Positions 30,999 to 40,643 of a DNA stretch of 64,000 bases are shown here, one piece after another. This DNA comes from Candidatus Doudnabacteria bacterium (lineage in GTDB: Bacteria > Patescibacteriota > JAQUNI01), in the NCBI GenBank assembly GCA_041644975.1, contig JBAZQX010000008.1, forward strand, positions 334 through 64,333, written 5' to 3'. Positions within the stretch are counted from its first letter, which is position 1. Each line of letters starts with the position of its first letter. The position numbers and the translations under genes were made by a program. A model generated the notes under the pieces. It was not told the origin of the DNA and searched no databases. It saw nothing but the letters and a program-made list of their open reading frames with translations.

Positions 30999-33722
30999 AT
31001 GGTAAACACACGCCTCAATTTATTAGAAGAACTGAAAGAAGATATAACCCTTGAGGGATTTTTAAATATTTACGGCAGTCGCATTACACAAGAGAGTGAG
31101 AGGCTGTTTTTAACAGAATTTTTATATCCTCTATTAGGAAAAAATATAAGATATGTAATTCCTCAATATCCTTTTATAGATTCCGAAGGTAGAAATAGAA
31201 AAATTGACTTTGCGCTCATTAAAGACCAAATCCATCTTGCCTTGGAGGTAAATGGCGAAACCTATCATGCTGAAGGGATTATTCCCAATGAAATGTTTGA
31301 CGACAATTTGTTTAGGCAGAATGAAATATTAAATCGTGGCTGGAGATTATTAAGGTTCTCATATAGTCAACTTTTGGATAAAAAATGGCGAGCCCGTGTA
31401 ATGGATTCATTGCATAGATTTTTTGCTCATAATGTTCCGGAGCTAATCTCTGAAGATGCTATTAAACCTCATTTTATTCAAAAAGAGGCATTAGATGCCC
31501 TTGATTTTTACCGTCAAAAAGGATGGAAAAAAGGTGTCGTTGTTTTACCGCCTGGATTAGGAAAAACATATTTGTCGGCTTTTGATGCAAAGCGATTTAC
31601 TCACAAAAGCGGTAGAGCACTTTTTATAGTCCACAGATTAGATATTTTAACTCAATCCAAAGACGCTTTTGAAAAGGTCTGGGCGGAAGCAAAAACTGGT
31701 TTATTAACAGGAGAGGTTAGAGAGCATATACACGATAGCGATGTTCTTTTTGCTTCAAAAGATAGTTTGCGTAGTCCCGAATTTTTGTCGCTTTTATCGC
31801 CAGAGGAATTTGATTACATAATTGTTGATGAGGTTCATCACGGACAAGCCCCGACATACCAAGCTATTTTACGGCATTTTGAGCCCAAATTTTTACTGGG
31901 GATGACCGCTACGCCAGACAGAATGGATAGAAAAGATATTTTTGAACTTTTTGATTATAACAAAGTATTTGAATATTCAACTCACGATGCGATAGAAAAT
32001 GGGTTTCTCGTTCCGTTTTCTTATTATGGATTGAAGGACAACATTGATTATACAAATATTCGTTACAACGGAAAGAAATACAACACCCAAGATTTAGACA
32101 AATATTTAATAATAGAAAAAAGGAATCAGCAAATTTTGCAAGAATATTTAGCCAAAGCAAATGGCGATAAGGCGATTGGATTCTGTTGTTCCATCAAACA
32201 CGCCGAAAGGATGGCAGAATTTTTTAATGATAATGGCATATCCGCAATAGCCATAACATCATTTTCGGATGACCGAGATAAAAAGATAGAAGATTTTAGG
32301 AATAATAAATATGCTGTAGCTTTTACAGTTGACCTCTTTAATGAGGGGGTGGATTTCCCTAATGTTAGGGTTTTAATGTTTATACGCCCCACTGAATCAA
32401 GAACAGTATTTATGCAACAGCTTGGGCGTGGTTTGCGTTTATCATCTGGCAAAGAAAGAGTTACTATTTTAGATTTTATTAGCAACTACAAAAAAGCGAA
32501 TAAAATAAGAGAATATCTTTCTCTAAACAAAACAGAAAAACGAGGTAGCAAAACGGGCAGGATTGAAAAATTTATTTATAATTATTCTCCTAAAAATGAA
32601 GTTCACTTTGACGCTGAAGTTGAAGAAATATTAGACGCACAAGATAGGGATGAACGAGGCATTGATAAAGAAGATTTAATTGATGCGTATTATAAACTTG
32701 CTGAACAATTAGGAATGAAACCAGCCCAGGACGATATTAACCGTGAATGCGAATTTAAAGTGGCAAGGTTCGTTTCTGTTTTCGGCTCGTGGGTGAAATT
32801 TTTACGTGAGATGGGAGAATATACAGAAGCCAGTTATCATTATCCCCAGGGCGTGCATCTTGGACACATTCTATACATTGTAAAAATCTTAAAAGAGAAA
32901 AAACGAAAGGGTTCACATATTGATGAAAGATTTGTAAAAATTAGAGGCAATCTTGATGAGGGAAGATTAGGAGCATTTCAAAGGCAAACGAAATACAAGT
33001 TACAAGCCTTAATGGAAATGGGCTTGGTGCTTGATGATAGAAGCTATAAAAATGATGAAAAATACGAATTGGCTTTAACTCCAGAAGGTGAAAAATTTTA
33101 TAAGGTTTTGAAACCAGTTATCCGAAAAATTGATTTATCTTTCTCGTCTTCAAGCGATAAGATTCCATCCTGGGATATGGAGTTGGCTACGGAAAAATTC
33201 AATTCAGCAATCTGGGAGCATATTAAGGATAAAAAAGAAAAGCGAGAGTTTATACAAAAGCTGTTATTAAAGATTCACGCTGTTGCCCAAATGTTAAATT
33301 ATCTTTATCGGGTTGAGCGAAAAAAACAAATTGAGAAGTCCGCCATCTACGGAGGATTTTTCAAAGCTCCTTTTGTTAAACAACATTGCGACCAAATTGG
33401 TATAGAGGTGGCAACAGAAGAAGGAGCAAAACATCGTTGTCCGTTTCTCTTAAATATTCTTGAAGCTATCGGCGTTATTTCTCAAACAAGAAGCGGCATC
33501 GTTATAAATCATTTCTTAATATGCCAGGAAACTATGCAATTAGATAAGGAGAGTGAAGGAAAAATTCTTACGAGAATAGACAAGATAACCAGCATAGCTT
33601 CTGGAAAGAAAGTAGAAATAAACGATGATGAACTATCCCTCTTGCGAGAAAATTTCGGGAAGCAATTTTTAACGCCAGATTTTTATATTGATGAATTTAA
33701 AGTATTAAAGTATGCCAAATAA
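30999..33722 (+). CDS. Vsr/DUF559-like nuclease fused to an SF2 (ResIII-like) helicase; putative restriction subunit
   Basis: IDFAL..ALEVNGETYH..RQNEI..GWRLLRFS; LPPGLGKT, DEVHH, GMTATPDR, FNEGVDFP, QQLGRGLR. Confidence 0.85.
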   Translation: MVNTRLNLLEELKEDITLEGFLNIYGSRITQESERLFLTEFLYPLLGKNIRYVIPQYPFIDSEGRNRKIDFALIKDQIHLALEVNGETYHAEGIIPNEMFDDNLFRQNEILNRGWRLLRFSYSQLLDKKWRARVMDSLHRFFAHNVPELISEDAIKPHFIQKEALDALDFYRQKGWKKGVVVLPPGLGKTYLSAFDAKRFTHKSGRALFIVHRLDILTQSKDAFEKVWAEAKTGLLTGEVREHIHDSDVLFASKDSLRSPEFLSLLSPEEFDYIIVDEVHHGQAPTYQAILRHFEPKFLLGMTATPDRMDRKDIFELFDYNKVFEYSTHDAIENGFLVPFSYYGLKDNIDYTNIRYNGKKYNTQDLDKYLIIEKRNQQILQEYLAKANGDKAIGFCCSIKHAERMAEFFNDNGISAIAITSFSDDRDKKIEDFRNNKYAVAFTVDLFNEGVDFPNVRVLMFIRPTESRTVFMQQLGRGLRLSSGKERVTILDFISNYKKANKIREYLSLNKTEKRGSKTGRIEKFIYNYSPKNEVHFDAEVEEILDAQDRDERGIDKEDLIDAYYKLAEQLGMKPAQDDINRECEFKVARFVSVFGSWVKFLREMGEYTEASYHYPQGVHLGHILYIVKILKEKKRKGSHIDERFVKIRGNLDEGRLGAFQRQTKYKLQALMEMGLVLDDRSYKNDEKYELALTPEGEKFYKVLKPVIRKIDLSFSSSSDKIPSWDMELATEKFNSAIWEHIKDKKEKREFIQKLLLKIHAVAQMLNYLYRVERKKQIEKSAIYGGFFKAPFVKQHCDQIGIEVATEEGAKHRCPFLLNILEAIGVISQTRSGIVINHFLICQETMQLDKESEGKILTRIDKITSIASGKKVEINDDELSLLRENFGKQFLTPDFYIDEFKVLKYAK

Positions 33723-34632
33723 ATCTCACTTTAATTCTGGATTGAGGACATTAAATCAAATGCGTAAAAATGGCATAAACCATAGTTCTGTGCCCGAATT
33801 TAAAATACCTAAAAAAACGAAACACGCTCTTTATATCGCTGATGCGTTAGGAATTTTAAAATCAATACCAGATAAATCTATCCAGCTAATTTTAATTGAC
33901 CCCCCATACAATCTTGATATTGCTACATGGGATACATTTAAAAATTATTTGGAATGGGCAAAGCTATGGTTAAACGAAAGCATTAGGGTTTTGAAAGATA
34001 GCGGCAATTTAGCCATCTTTGGAGGGATACAATACCAGGGAATACGCACTGGTGATTTATTAGAGCTTGTCCAGTATTTAAAAAAAGAAACAGATTTTAA
34101 ATTGGTAAATCTTATTATTTGGTATTACAAAAATGGGATGAGTGCTCACAGATTTTTTGCAAATAGGCACGAGGAGATAGCCTGGTTTGCGAAAACCAAT
34201 AAATATATTTTTGACCTTGATGCCGTAAGAATGCCATTTGATGAAAAAACAAAGAAGGCGTATTTAAAAGATAAAAGGCTAAATCCCAAAAGCATTGAAA
34301 AGGGTAAAAATCCTACAAACGTGTGGGAGATAGGACGCCTTAACGGTAATTCCCAAGAAAGAGTTGGGCATCCAACACAAAAACCAGCAGAGGTTGTAAG
34401 ACGATTGGTAAGAGGTCTTTCCTACCCAGATTCAATTGTTTTAGATTTTTTCGCAGGTTCTGGCACTACGGGGCGTGTTTGCATAGAAGAAAAACGTCAT
34501 AGTATTTTAGTTGATAACGACCCGAAGACAAAGAGTTACTTTAATAAACACCTTAAACAATTAAATGCCTCCAACAAAGGAACTTTTGAGATCCGGTTTA
34601 ATCCCAGTTTAAAAGATTTTTTAGAGCAATAA
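33712..34632 (+). CDS. Beta-class N6-adenine DNA methyltransferase, M.RsrI-like
   Basis: DPPY before LDFFAGSG; NGMSAHRFFANRHEEIAWFAKT and RLNGNSQERVGHPTQKP match my recollection of M.RsrI. Confidence 0.9.
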   Translation: MPNKSHFNSGLRTLNQMRKNGINHSSVPEFKIPKKTKHALYIADALGILKSIPDKSIQLILIDPPYNLDIATWDTFKNYLEWAKLWLNESIRVLKDSGNLAIFGGIQYQGIRTGDLLELVQYLKKETDFKLVNLIIWYYKNGMSAHRFFANRHEEIAWFAKTNKYIFDLDAVRMPFDEKTKKAYLKDKRLNPKSIEKGKNPTNVWEIGRLNGNSQERVGHPTQKPAEVVRRLVRGLSYPDSIVLDFFAGSGTTGRVCIEEKRHSILVDNDPKTKSYFNKHLKQLNASNKGTFEIRFNPSLKDFLEQ

Positions 34633-34634
34633 TT

Positions 34635-34676
34635 ATGAAAGCCATTATATTAGCCAGAGTTTCAACTGAAAAATAA
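34635..34676 (+). pseudogene. N-terminal relic of a serine recombinase (MKAIILARVSTEK*)
   Basis: Canonical catalytic ARVST motif, truncated after 13 codons. Confidence 0.7.
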
Positions 34677-34812
34677 ATGAACAAAAAACAATCTAATCTG
34701 CCCAGTAAATGGGCCTTTTATTTTTAGTAGTGAGTAAGCACAACTTGAGGGATTATCGGTCAAAAGGCAATAAGACTACCAAAATAGGCAAAATTCAACG
34801 CATTTGTTGGAC

Positions 34813-34855
34813 TTGTGTGGGGTTTTTCAGGGCTAAGATGGTATAATACTCAACT
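34813..34855 (+). promoter_or_regulatory. Promoter-containing direct repeat (TATAAT); second copy at 40569-40610
   Basis: ttgtgtggggttt(t)tcagggctaaga(t/c)ggtataatactcaact present twice. Confidence 0.7.
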
Positions 34856-35015
34856 CTTCGAACCTGAAGGCTCTTTAGAGCCTAAATGGCTAATTAAAAA
34901 TATGGCAAAAAGAGGGCCAAAGAGGCAAAATCCAAATCCAACAAATCCAACAGTAATAAAAAGAGAATAAATAATATGACCTTTATATTTTCTTTTAAAT
35001 TTTTGATAGATTGTT

Positions 35016-35357
35016 TTAATCTTTTAATTCATCTTTTTGACGCAATCTTATTAGCAACACGCAAGGGACAGCGACAATTATCAAAATGACCTCCGTTAAA
35101 TCAATAGTGTATGCAGAAGATATTAGAAAACGAATTATACCAGCGATTATCGTGCTAATAATAATTGATTTGCGAGTAATTTCCTTCTTAGTGCATTTCT
35201 TCCAAATAAAAGTCAGAATTAATGATATGACAAATATTGCCGCAAATACACCTAAAAATTCTGCAACAAGTGCTATTTTTATCCCGTAGAAAGCAGCTCC
35301 GATTAGCACAGCGAAGGAGATGAGAATGAGACAAATTGTTTTAATTTTTTGGCTCAT
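35016..35357 (-). CDS. Small multi-TM membrane protein
   Basis: Hydrophobic ORF; start MSQKIKT preferred. Confidence 0.65.
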   Translation of the reverse strand: MSQKIKTICLILISFAVLIGAAFYGIKIALVAEFLGVFAAIFVISLILTFIWKKCTKKEITRKSIIISTIIAGIIRFLISSAYTIDLTEVILIIVAVPCVLLIRLRQKDELKD

Positions 35358-35580
35358 TTCGTTTAAATAAATTACGCACTCCAAGTTTCTTCTGGAGTTT
35401 TATGACAATATAGGCAGAGAGGGCCAAAAGAGATAAAGAAATTAGACAATCACTAGGAAGAACTTTAGTTAGGACAAGCCGTTCTATTCCAAGGAAAATT
35501 TTAATAAAAGAGTCAACGAAAAGTATAGCGAACCAAATTAAAACAATCCACAATATAACTTTTTTATTCTTTTGATTCAT
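35341..35580 (-). CDS. Small membrane protein, tandem paralog
   Basis: ILWIVLI.FA.LF.DSF...LSAYIVIKLQKKLGVRNLFKRNE shared with 35564-35800. Confidence 0.7.
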   Translation of the reverse strand: MNQKNKKVILWIVLIWFAILFVDSFIKIFLGIERLVLTKVLPSDCLISLSLLALSAYIVIKLQKKLGVRNLFKRNEPKN

Positions 35581-35800
35581 TTCTTTTAAATAAATTACGC
35601 ACGCCAAGTTTTTTCTGTAGTTTTATAACAATATAAGCAGAAAGGATCAAATAAAATAAAGAACTTAGGCAATTACTAGAAACTCCAGTTAGGACGAGCC
35701 GTAATACTCCAATGAAAAATTCAAAAAAAGAGTCAATAAAAAGTAAGGCAAAGCAAATTAAAACAATCCACAATATAATTTTTTTAACAGTTCCTTTCAT
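35564..35800 (-). CDS. Small membrane protein, tandem paralog
   Basis: Same shared segments as 35341-35580. Confidence 0.7.
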   Translation of the reverse strand: MKGTVKKIILWIVLICFALLFIDSFFEFFIGVLRLVLTGVSSNCLSSLFYLILSAYIVIKLQKKLGVRNLFKRNESKE

Positions 35801-35830
35801 TGGTATGAATTAAAATATTTTGGCAAATGA

Positions 35831-36031
35831 TTATTTCCCGAACTTAATCGTTCCACTGTGGTGTCGGTTCACCTGCCAATCTAAAAGAAAATAAATAAGA
35901 ATACCAAAAATACCGAACCCGGCAAGAAGTAATTTCTGGCCAATAGACATATAGCTTAAAATAGTAATGAGAATACCAACAAGGAAAACGGTTTCAATAA
36001 AGCATACTGTTTCAAGTGTAGATTTGGACAT
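35831..36031 (-). CDS. Small 2-TM membrane protein
   Basis: 66 aa, hydrophobic. Confidence 0.55.
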   Translation of the reverse strand: MSKSTLETVCFIETVFLVGILITILSYMSIGQKLLLAGFGIFGILIYFLLDWQVNRHHSGTIKFGK

Positions 36032-36049
36032 ATAATTTAATTAATTGTT

Positions 36050-36475
36050 TTAATTTTTTGGTTCATGGATTTTGGATTCCTTAGATAAATATTCAGATTT
36101 TTTTCTGTCAAAAAAACCACCAAACTTTAGCACGGTAAAAATAATAATCATAATAATTGCTTTAATTAAAGACCTATAATTACCTGTAGAGATATCTTCT
36201 ATGATCCAACGGATTAAAACCAAACTTATACTTAGAATGCTCAAAATAATTCCGAAAGTGGCTCCCCTTTCTTTGTCTCTTTTTGCAATTATACCTAATA
36301 TCAAAGCTATCAGTCCGAGTAAAAGACTGTATATAAAGAAACTTATTATCCCAATCGCAATAGAAAAAATATTAAACTTTTTTAGAAGCACATTTGTAAT
36401 ACGAAAATGCTTTACTATGATTAGAAATTCATCAAATATATCTTTCTCCTCTGATTTCTTATTTTTTTCTTTCAT
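36050..36475 (-). CDS. Membrane protein (DUF4190-like pattern)
   Basis: GLIALILGIIAK...GATFGIILSILSI. Confidence 0.6.
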   Translation of the reverse strand: MKEKNKKSEEKDIFDEFLIIVKHFRITNVLLKKFNIFSIAIGIISFFIYSLLLGLIALILGIIAKRDKERGATFGIILSILSISLVLIRWIIEDISTGNYRSLIKAIIMIIIFTVLKFGGFFDRKKSEYLSKESKIHEPKN

Positions 36476-36494
36476 GGAGTTATTTATCTTTCAA

Positions 36495-36791
36495 TTAAAA
36501 ATATCTTTCCTTGTCCAGTTCCCTAACTTTTCCCCACTGTATAAAACCATTAATTATAAGCGAAGGTCCGGCAATAAACCCACCAATCCAAATGATAGGT
36601 ATTTGTGAATAAGATAAAGAGATAAGGGCCAATAAGGTAATAGCAATACCTCCTATTATTTTTGGCCAAGGGTTAAATGATTTTAATATTAATGGATGGT
36701 CACATCTTGTGCACTTTAAAATAAGACCTATACTCTGCTTTCCGTATAGAACCTTACAATATTCACAATATGGACGGGTGTATCGATTCAT
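36495..36791 (-). CDS. Zinc-ribbon plus 2-TM membrane protein
   Basis: CEYC...CTRC followed by two TM helices; start MNRYTRP preferred over 36917. Confidence 0.65.
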   Translation of the reverse strand: MNRYTRPYCEYCKVLYGKQSIGLILKCTRCDHPLILKSFNPWPKIIGGIAITLLALISLSYSQIPIIWIGGFIAGPSLIINGFIQWGKVRELDKERYF

Positions 36792-36804
36792 TTTTTTATA
36801 AAAC

Positions 36805-36952
36805 ACAAAGCTCCCCGCCAGCAATGGCTTTCGCCACCCATAACCCTTTCGGGATATGACCCATCGAAGAGTGCTCTGAACGAGGAGCTCTTTATCTTCG
36901 ATGGGGTTTTTTGCCATACCTCACAGACCAGCTACGAGGGTTAGGCAATTGG
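36805..36952 (-). ncRNA. Candidate structured RNA / 5' leader
   Basis: Four adjacent stems on the minus strand, two capped by GAAA tetraloops, plus an AGCUCCUCG/CGGGGAGCU long-range pair. Confidence 0.45.
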
Positions 36953-37067
36953 AATATTTAGTTTTTACAATTAAAGAATAACATAACCGAGAGGAAATTC
37001 AAGTCAAATCCTTGAAAAAGCGGTTAAAATAAGATAAATTTAAGAAAGAATTTAATGAAAATGTAAT

Positions 37068-38219
37068 ATGAAGATTGAAAAATTTTGTGAAGAAGTAAAT
37101 AGAAGCCCAGTCGGTATAAAGCATCTGAAAATAAAAGTTACGCCAGAGTTACTCAAAGAATGGAATTTTATTAAAGAAGATTACCAAATTAATGACCTCG
37201 CACCGCTATATGCTTTAAAGGAACAGCAAAAAGAACAACAACAAAGAAAAAAAATAGAAAGAAAAATAATGGAAGCTAATAAACTCACCTCAAAAGAAAC
37301 AGAAGTCTTTCAAGAAGTAACTAAGATTTTGTCAGCTGAAAGATCACTAAAATACAGAGGAAGAATATTAATAAATAAAACACCCTCGGGTTTCTCTCTT
37401 ATAACAACACTGAAATTTATCCCTACATTTAATCAGGTGGTCTCGGAAATAAGAGAGAAATACAAAATCAAGCCTAAACAGCTTTTAAAAGAGTTACAGA
37501 AGGTATTTCCTAAAAATAAAGAGCTGGTAAATGAAATCGTAGAGAATAAATATTCTTATCTTTTGGATCGAATACTCCACAAGTTACAGTATAAAGAAGA
37601 ATTTAATAGATTGGAATGGATTTTCTTGCTCTTACACTTAGAAGAGGATTGGCTTACTGGTATAGGAAAATGGCTTAAAGCAAGAAGAGAAATTGAAGAT
37701 TGGGAAAATAAAAAATTCCCTAATTTAAATAAAGAAATTAATGTCTCAAGACACACAACTTTAAAACTACCACGAGAGTATTTTAGAAGCCTAAAAAACT
37801 ATATCTTGTATGACGCGAAAGGAGAAATACTACACAAAGATTGGCAAACGTGGAGTAGAAACGAAATCGAGATAGAAACAATAGATTCTCCTGAGAAAGA
37901 AGTTGTATGTATTAAGAACTTTGAACCTTATATCAGAGTAAAAATTTATGGAGATACCAATATTTCTAAAATGAGAGCCTTATCGAAAGCCATTAAAAGA
38001 AGGCAAAAAGAATTGCCTGTCTACAAGGCAAGGGCTTTAATACAGAGCAACCCAGAGAAAAATCTTAAAAAAGCAATTTATTATTATTTAAGAAAAGGAA
38101 TGAGATTACCGCCGAAAAGAGCAAATATTCTATTATTAAAACTTAACTATAAGAAAGGAATTTCAATCCGAGCTGATAGTAGAGAAATTAAAAGATTTGA
38201 AGAATTTTTTGGAATTTAA
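37068..38219 (+). CDS. Hypothetical protein
   Basis: 383-aa ORF with no motif I recognise. Confidence 0.7.
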   Translation: MKIEKFCEEVNRSPVGIKHLKIKVTPELLKEWNFIKEDYQINDLAPLYALKEQQKEQQQRKKIERKIMEANKLTSKETEVFQEVTKILSAERSLKYRGRILINKTPSGFSLITTLKFIPTFNQVVSEIREKYKIKPKQLLKELQKVFPKNKELVNEIVENKYSYLLDRILHKLQYKEEFNRLEWIFLLLHLEEDWLTGIGKWLKARREIEDWENKKFPNLNKEINVSRHTTLKLPREYFRSLKNYILYDAKGEILHKDWQTWSRNEIEIETIDSPEKEVVCIKNFEPYIRVKIYGDTNISKMRALSKAIKRRQKELPVYKARALIQSNPEKNLKKAIYYYLRKGMRLPPKRANILLLKLNYKKGISIRADSREIKRFEEFFGI

Positions 38220-38483
38220 ATTCAGTAAGGCAGTTATTTCAATTATATTACATCCACCATTTTGACATTTGGTTGGATGATTTGAGGTAATGGTAAAATA
38301 CTACAATTAGATAATTGTAGTTTTTTATTTCATGAGAAAGGAAAATTTTCAAATAAGAACCACCTCGTCTAATTTGCCTCAGAAAGAAAAACGCAAATTA
38401 TTACATCAAGTGTTTGATATTATTTTTAGCGCCAGAAAAAAAGAAAATAAAAAAATCACTTAATAAAGAGCAAAATATTCAAT

Positions 38484-38735
38484 ATGGAAAACAAAATGAA
38501 AAAACAATTTATAAATAGTGACTTTTATACTACGGCCTTTTTAATAGCTAAGGGTTATAAACTAATTAGGATGGATAAGTCCAATCCTCATCGATTTCGC
38601 TTTATCCTTGAAGATGAAAAGGATAGAGCGAAGTTACTCGAGGATTTTTTTAATTCCAAAACAAAAATTGAACCACGAAAGTTCGTCTCGGCAGTTAAAG
38701 AATTAAAATCTTTAATGTATTCCGACGCCATTTAA
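38484..38735 (+). CDS. DUF5659-like small protein of mobile elements
   Basis: SDFYTTAFLIAKGY..RFRFILED..IEPRKFVSAVKELKSLMY. Confidence 0.7.
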   Translation: MENKMKKQFINSDFYTTAFLIAKGYKLIRMDKSNPHRFRFILEDEKDRAKLLEDFFNSKTKIEPRKFVSAVKELKSLMYSDAI

Positions 38736-38755
38736 GGCTAAGGGAAAGATGAAAT

Positions 38756-40240
38756 ATGAAAAAAAATAAAGAAAACGCAAAGATAGAATTAAGACCGCCA
38801 ACTACAATTAATGAAACGCAAAATAGTAATCAATTGGAGGTATTTGATGGGGAGCTACTTCATCCTTCTCTTGATATAAAAGACGGGATTCTTGTCTTGG
38901 GTTTTCGCTATCGGTCAAAACCACAAGAGGAAAAGGAAATTTTTATTGTGGTCAATGAAGGTAATATCCAAATCACAGAGGAAAATTCCTTGAAAATAAA
39001 AGACAGACTCTATTATTTTGAAAAACGAAGCAGAAAACTTATGAGGATTGAAGAAAAATGGGGCATCTCGGCATTGCAACAATTTATTAAGAACTACAAC
39101 ACATTCAAATCAAAAGAAACTACAAAACCAGAGTTATTTACAGAAATCATCAGGCTCACTAACCGCTATGTGGAATTAGAAAAAGAAATAGATTATTACC
39201 TTCTAAGTGCGTGGATTTTGGGCACTTACTTTTATCCTATTTTTTATGCCTATCCATTTTTGCACATTAAAGCTCCAAAGCGGTCTGGTAAAAGCCAGTG
39301 CTTAAATATGCTTTCTCAACTCTGTTTCAATGCTACTAAGGCAAGACCAAGTCTAGCGGCATTAAGCGATACCGTTGATGCATTGCGGGGAACTTACTTG
39401 ATTGACCAAGCGGACGCTTTAGAAAGAAAGGGTAACGAAGAATTGTTAGATATTCTCGCCGACTCTTATAAAAAGAGTGGAGGCAAAAGGCGGGTTATTA
39501 ATTTTGACAAAAAAAAGGGCAGGGAGATTTTAGAGTTTGAAACCTACAGCCCAAAGGCGTTAGCCTCAATTAGAGAACTTCCAGAAGATTTACGAGACAG
39601 ATGTCTGGTTGTGCCTCTAATTAGAAGTCAAAAGAATTTCCCCGACCCAGACGACAATAACGAAAATTGGCGTGAGATAAGAGGCAGAATCTATAAAGTT
39701 TTAATACTAAATTACGACTGGATTAGCTCAATTTATAACACAAAAAAAACAATATACAGAAATAGTCAAGAAATTTTAGGCAGGAGTTTAGAATTATGGT
39801 TACCCTTTGAAATTATCTTGGAATGTTTTGGGATACAAGAAAAAACAGAGGAAGCAAAAAAGCGTTTCCTCTCCCAATATGGTTTTAGCGAATACGAGCC
39901 ATCGGAATTAGAAGAAGAGGTTATTAAGGTAATCTTGAATCAATTACAAAATAAATCGGAGGCGATTTTAACTCCTAAAGAAATAAGCGGGCTGATATGT
40001 GCCGAGGTATTTTTATTAAACGACACTCCCAAGCAAAAAGCGGCTAAGGTGGGGTGGGCAATTAAAAAATTTAATCTCTCTTCAGAAAAGAAACCTAGAA
40101 GTAAAGATGGAGTGCGATATCTGTTTGAAAAAAATAAGATAGCAGGAATCTACCAGAGCTACTTCAAAACAGATACAGAACCTACATCTCTTACACCAAA
40201 TGATTCTTATGGCTTAAATAGCGAACAAATGACGGTGTAA
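38756..40240 (+). CDS. Putative replication protein with a P-loop (DUF3631-associated type)
   Basis: LSAWILGTYF, PFLHIKAPKRSGKS (Walker A-like), YLIDQAD, YSPKALASI..LPEDLRDRC. Confidence 0.7.
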   Translation: MKKNKENAKIELRPPTTINETQNSNQLEVFDGELLHPSLDIKDGILVLGFRYRSKPQEEKEIFIVVNEGNIQITEENSLKIKDRLYYFEKRSRKLMRIEEKWGISALQQFIKNYNTFKSKETTKPELFTEIIRLTNRYVELEKEIDYYLLSAWILGTYFYPIFYAYPFLHIKAPKRSGKSQCLNMLSQLCFNATKARPSLAALSDTVDALRGTYLIDQADALERKGNEELLDILADSYKKSGGKRRVINFDKKKGREILEFETYSPKALASIRELPEDLRDRCLVVPLIRSQKNFPDPDDNNENWREIRGRIYKVLILNYDWISSIYNTKKTIYRNSQEILGRSLELWLPFEIILECFGIQEKTEEAKKRFLSQYGFSEYEPSELEEEVIKVILNQLQNKSEAILTPKEISGLICAEVFLLNDTPKQKAAKVGWAIKKFNLSSEKKPRSKDGVRYLFEKNKIAGIYQSYFKTDTEPTSLTPNDSYGLNSEQMTV

Positions 40241-40370
40241 GAGTTTAGTGTAAGAGTTTGGTGGTGTATGTCTTTCTTACACTAAACATTTCCTACACCA
40301 AAGACCTACACCTTGTTTAATCCTTTATTCAAGCCAAAAAAGAGTATCAGTGTAAGAGATGTAAGATGGG
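40180..40370. repeat. Iteron-like GTGTAAGAG / C(C/T)TACAC cluster, putative element origin
   Basis: About 8-10 direct and inverted copies spanning the 3' end of the replication gene. Confidence 0.55.
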
Positions 40371-40643
40371 GATGGAATAGACACCAATAAAAAATAAGAT
40401 AAAAATGCACAAATCTGGTTAGGAGATTTTGCTGCTGACAGAGGATATGATAAAAAACAATTAGAAAGATTCGCAAAGAAGAACGAGAAATTTTGTCTTA
40501 CCTTAAAAAAAGCAAAAAAAATTAAAGGAAGGCTAAGTTTTAAGGACCACCAAAGCAACCAGAATCGGTTGTGTGGGGTTTTCAGGGCTAAGACGGTATA
40601 ATACTCAACTAATCAAAACTATGGCAAAAAGAGGCAAAAAATT

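Noticed and set aside
33712-34632. GAATTC avoidance as evidence for MTase/REase specificity
   Set aside because: GAATTC sites are present (for example near 5983 and 30177), and I cannot compute expected counts reliably by eye
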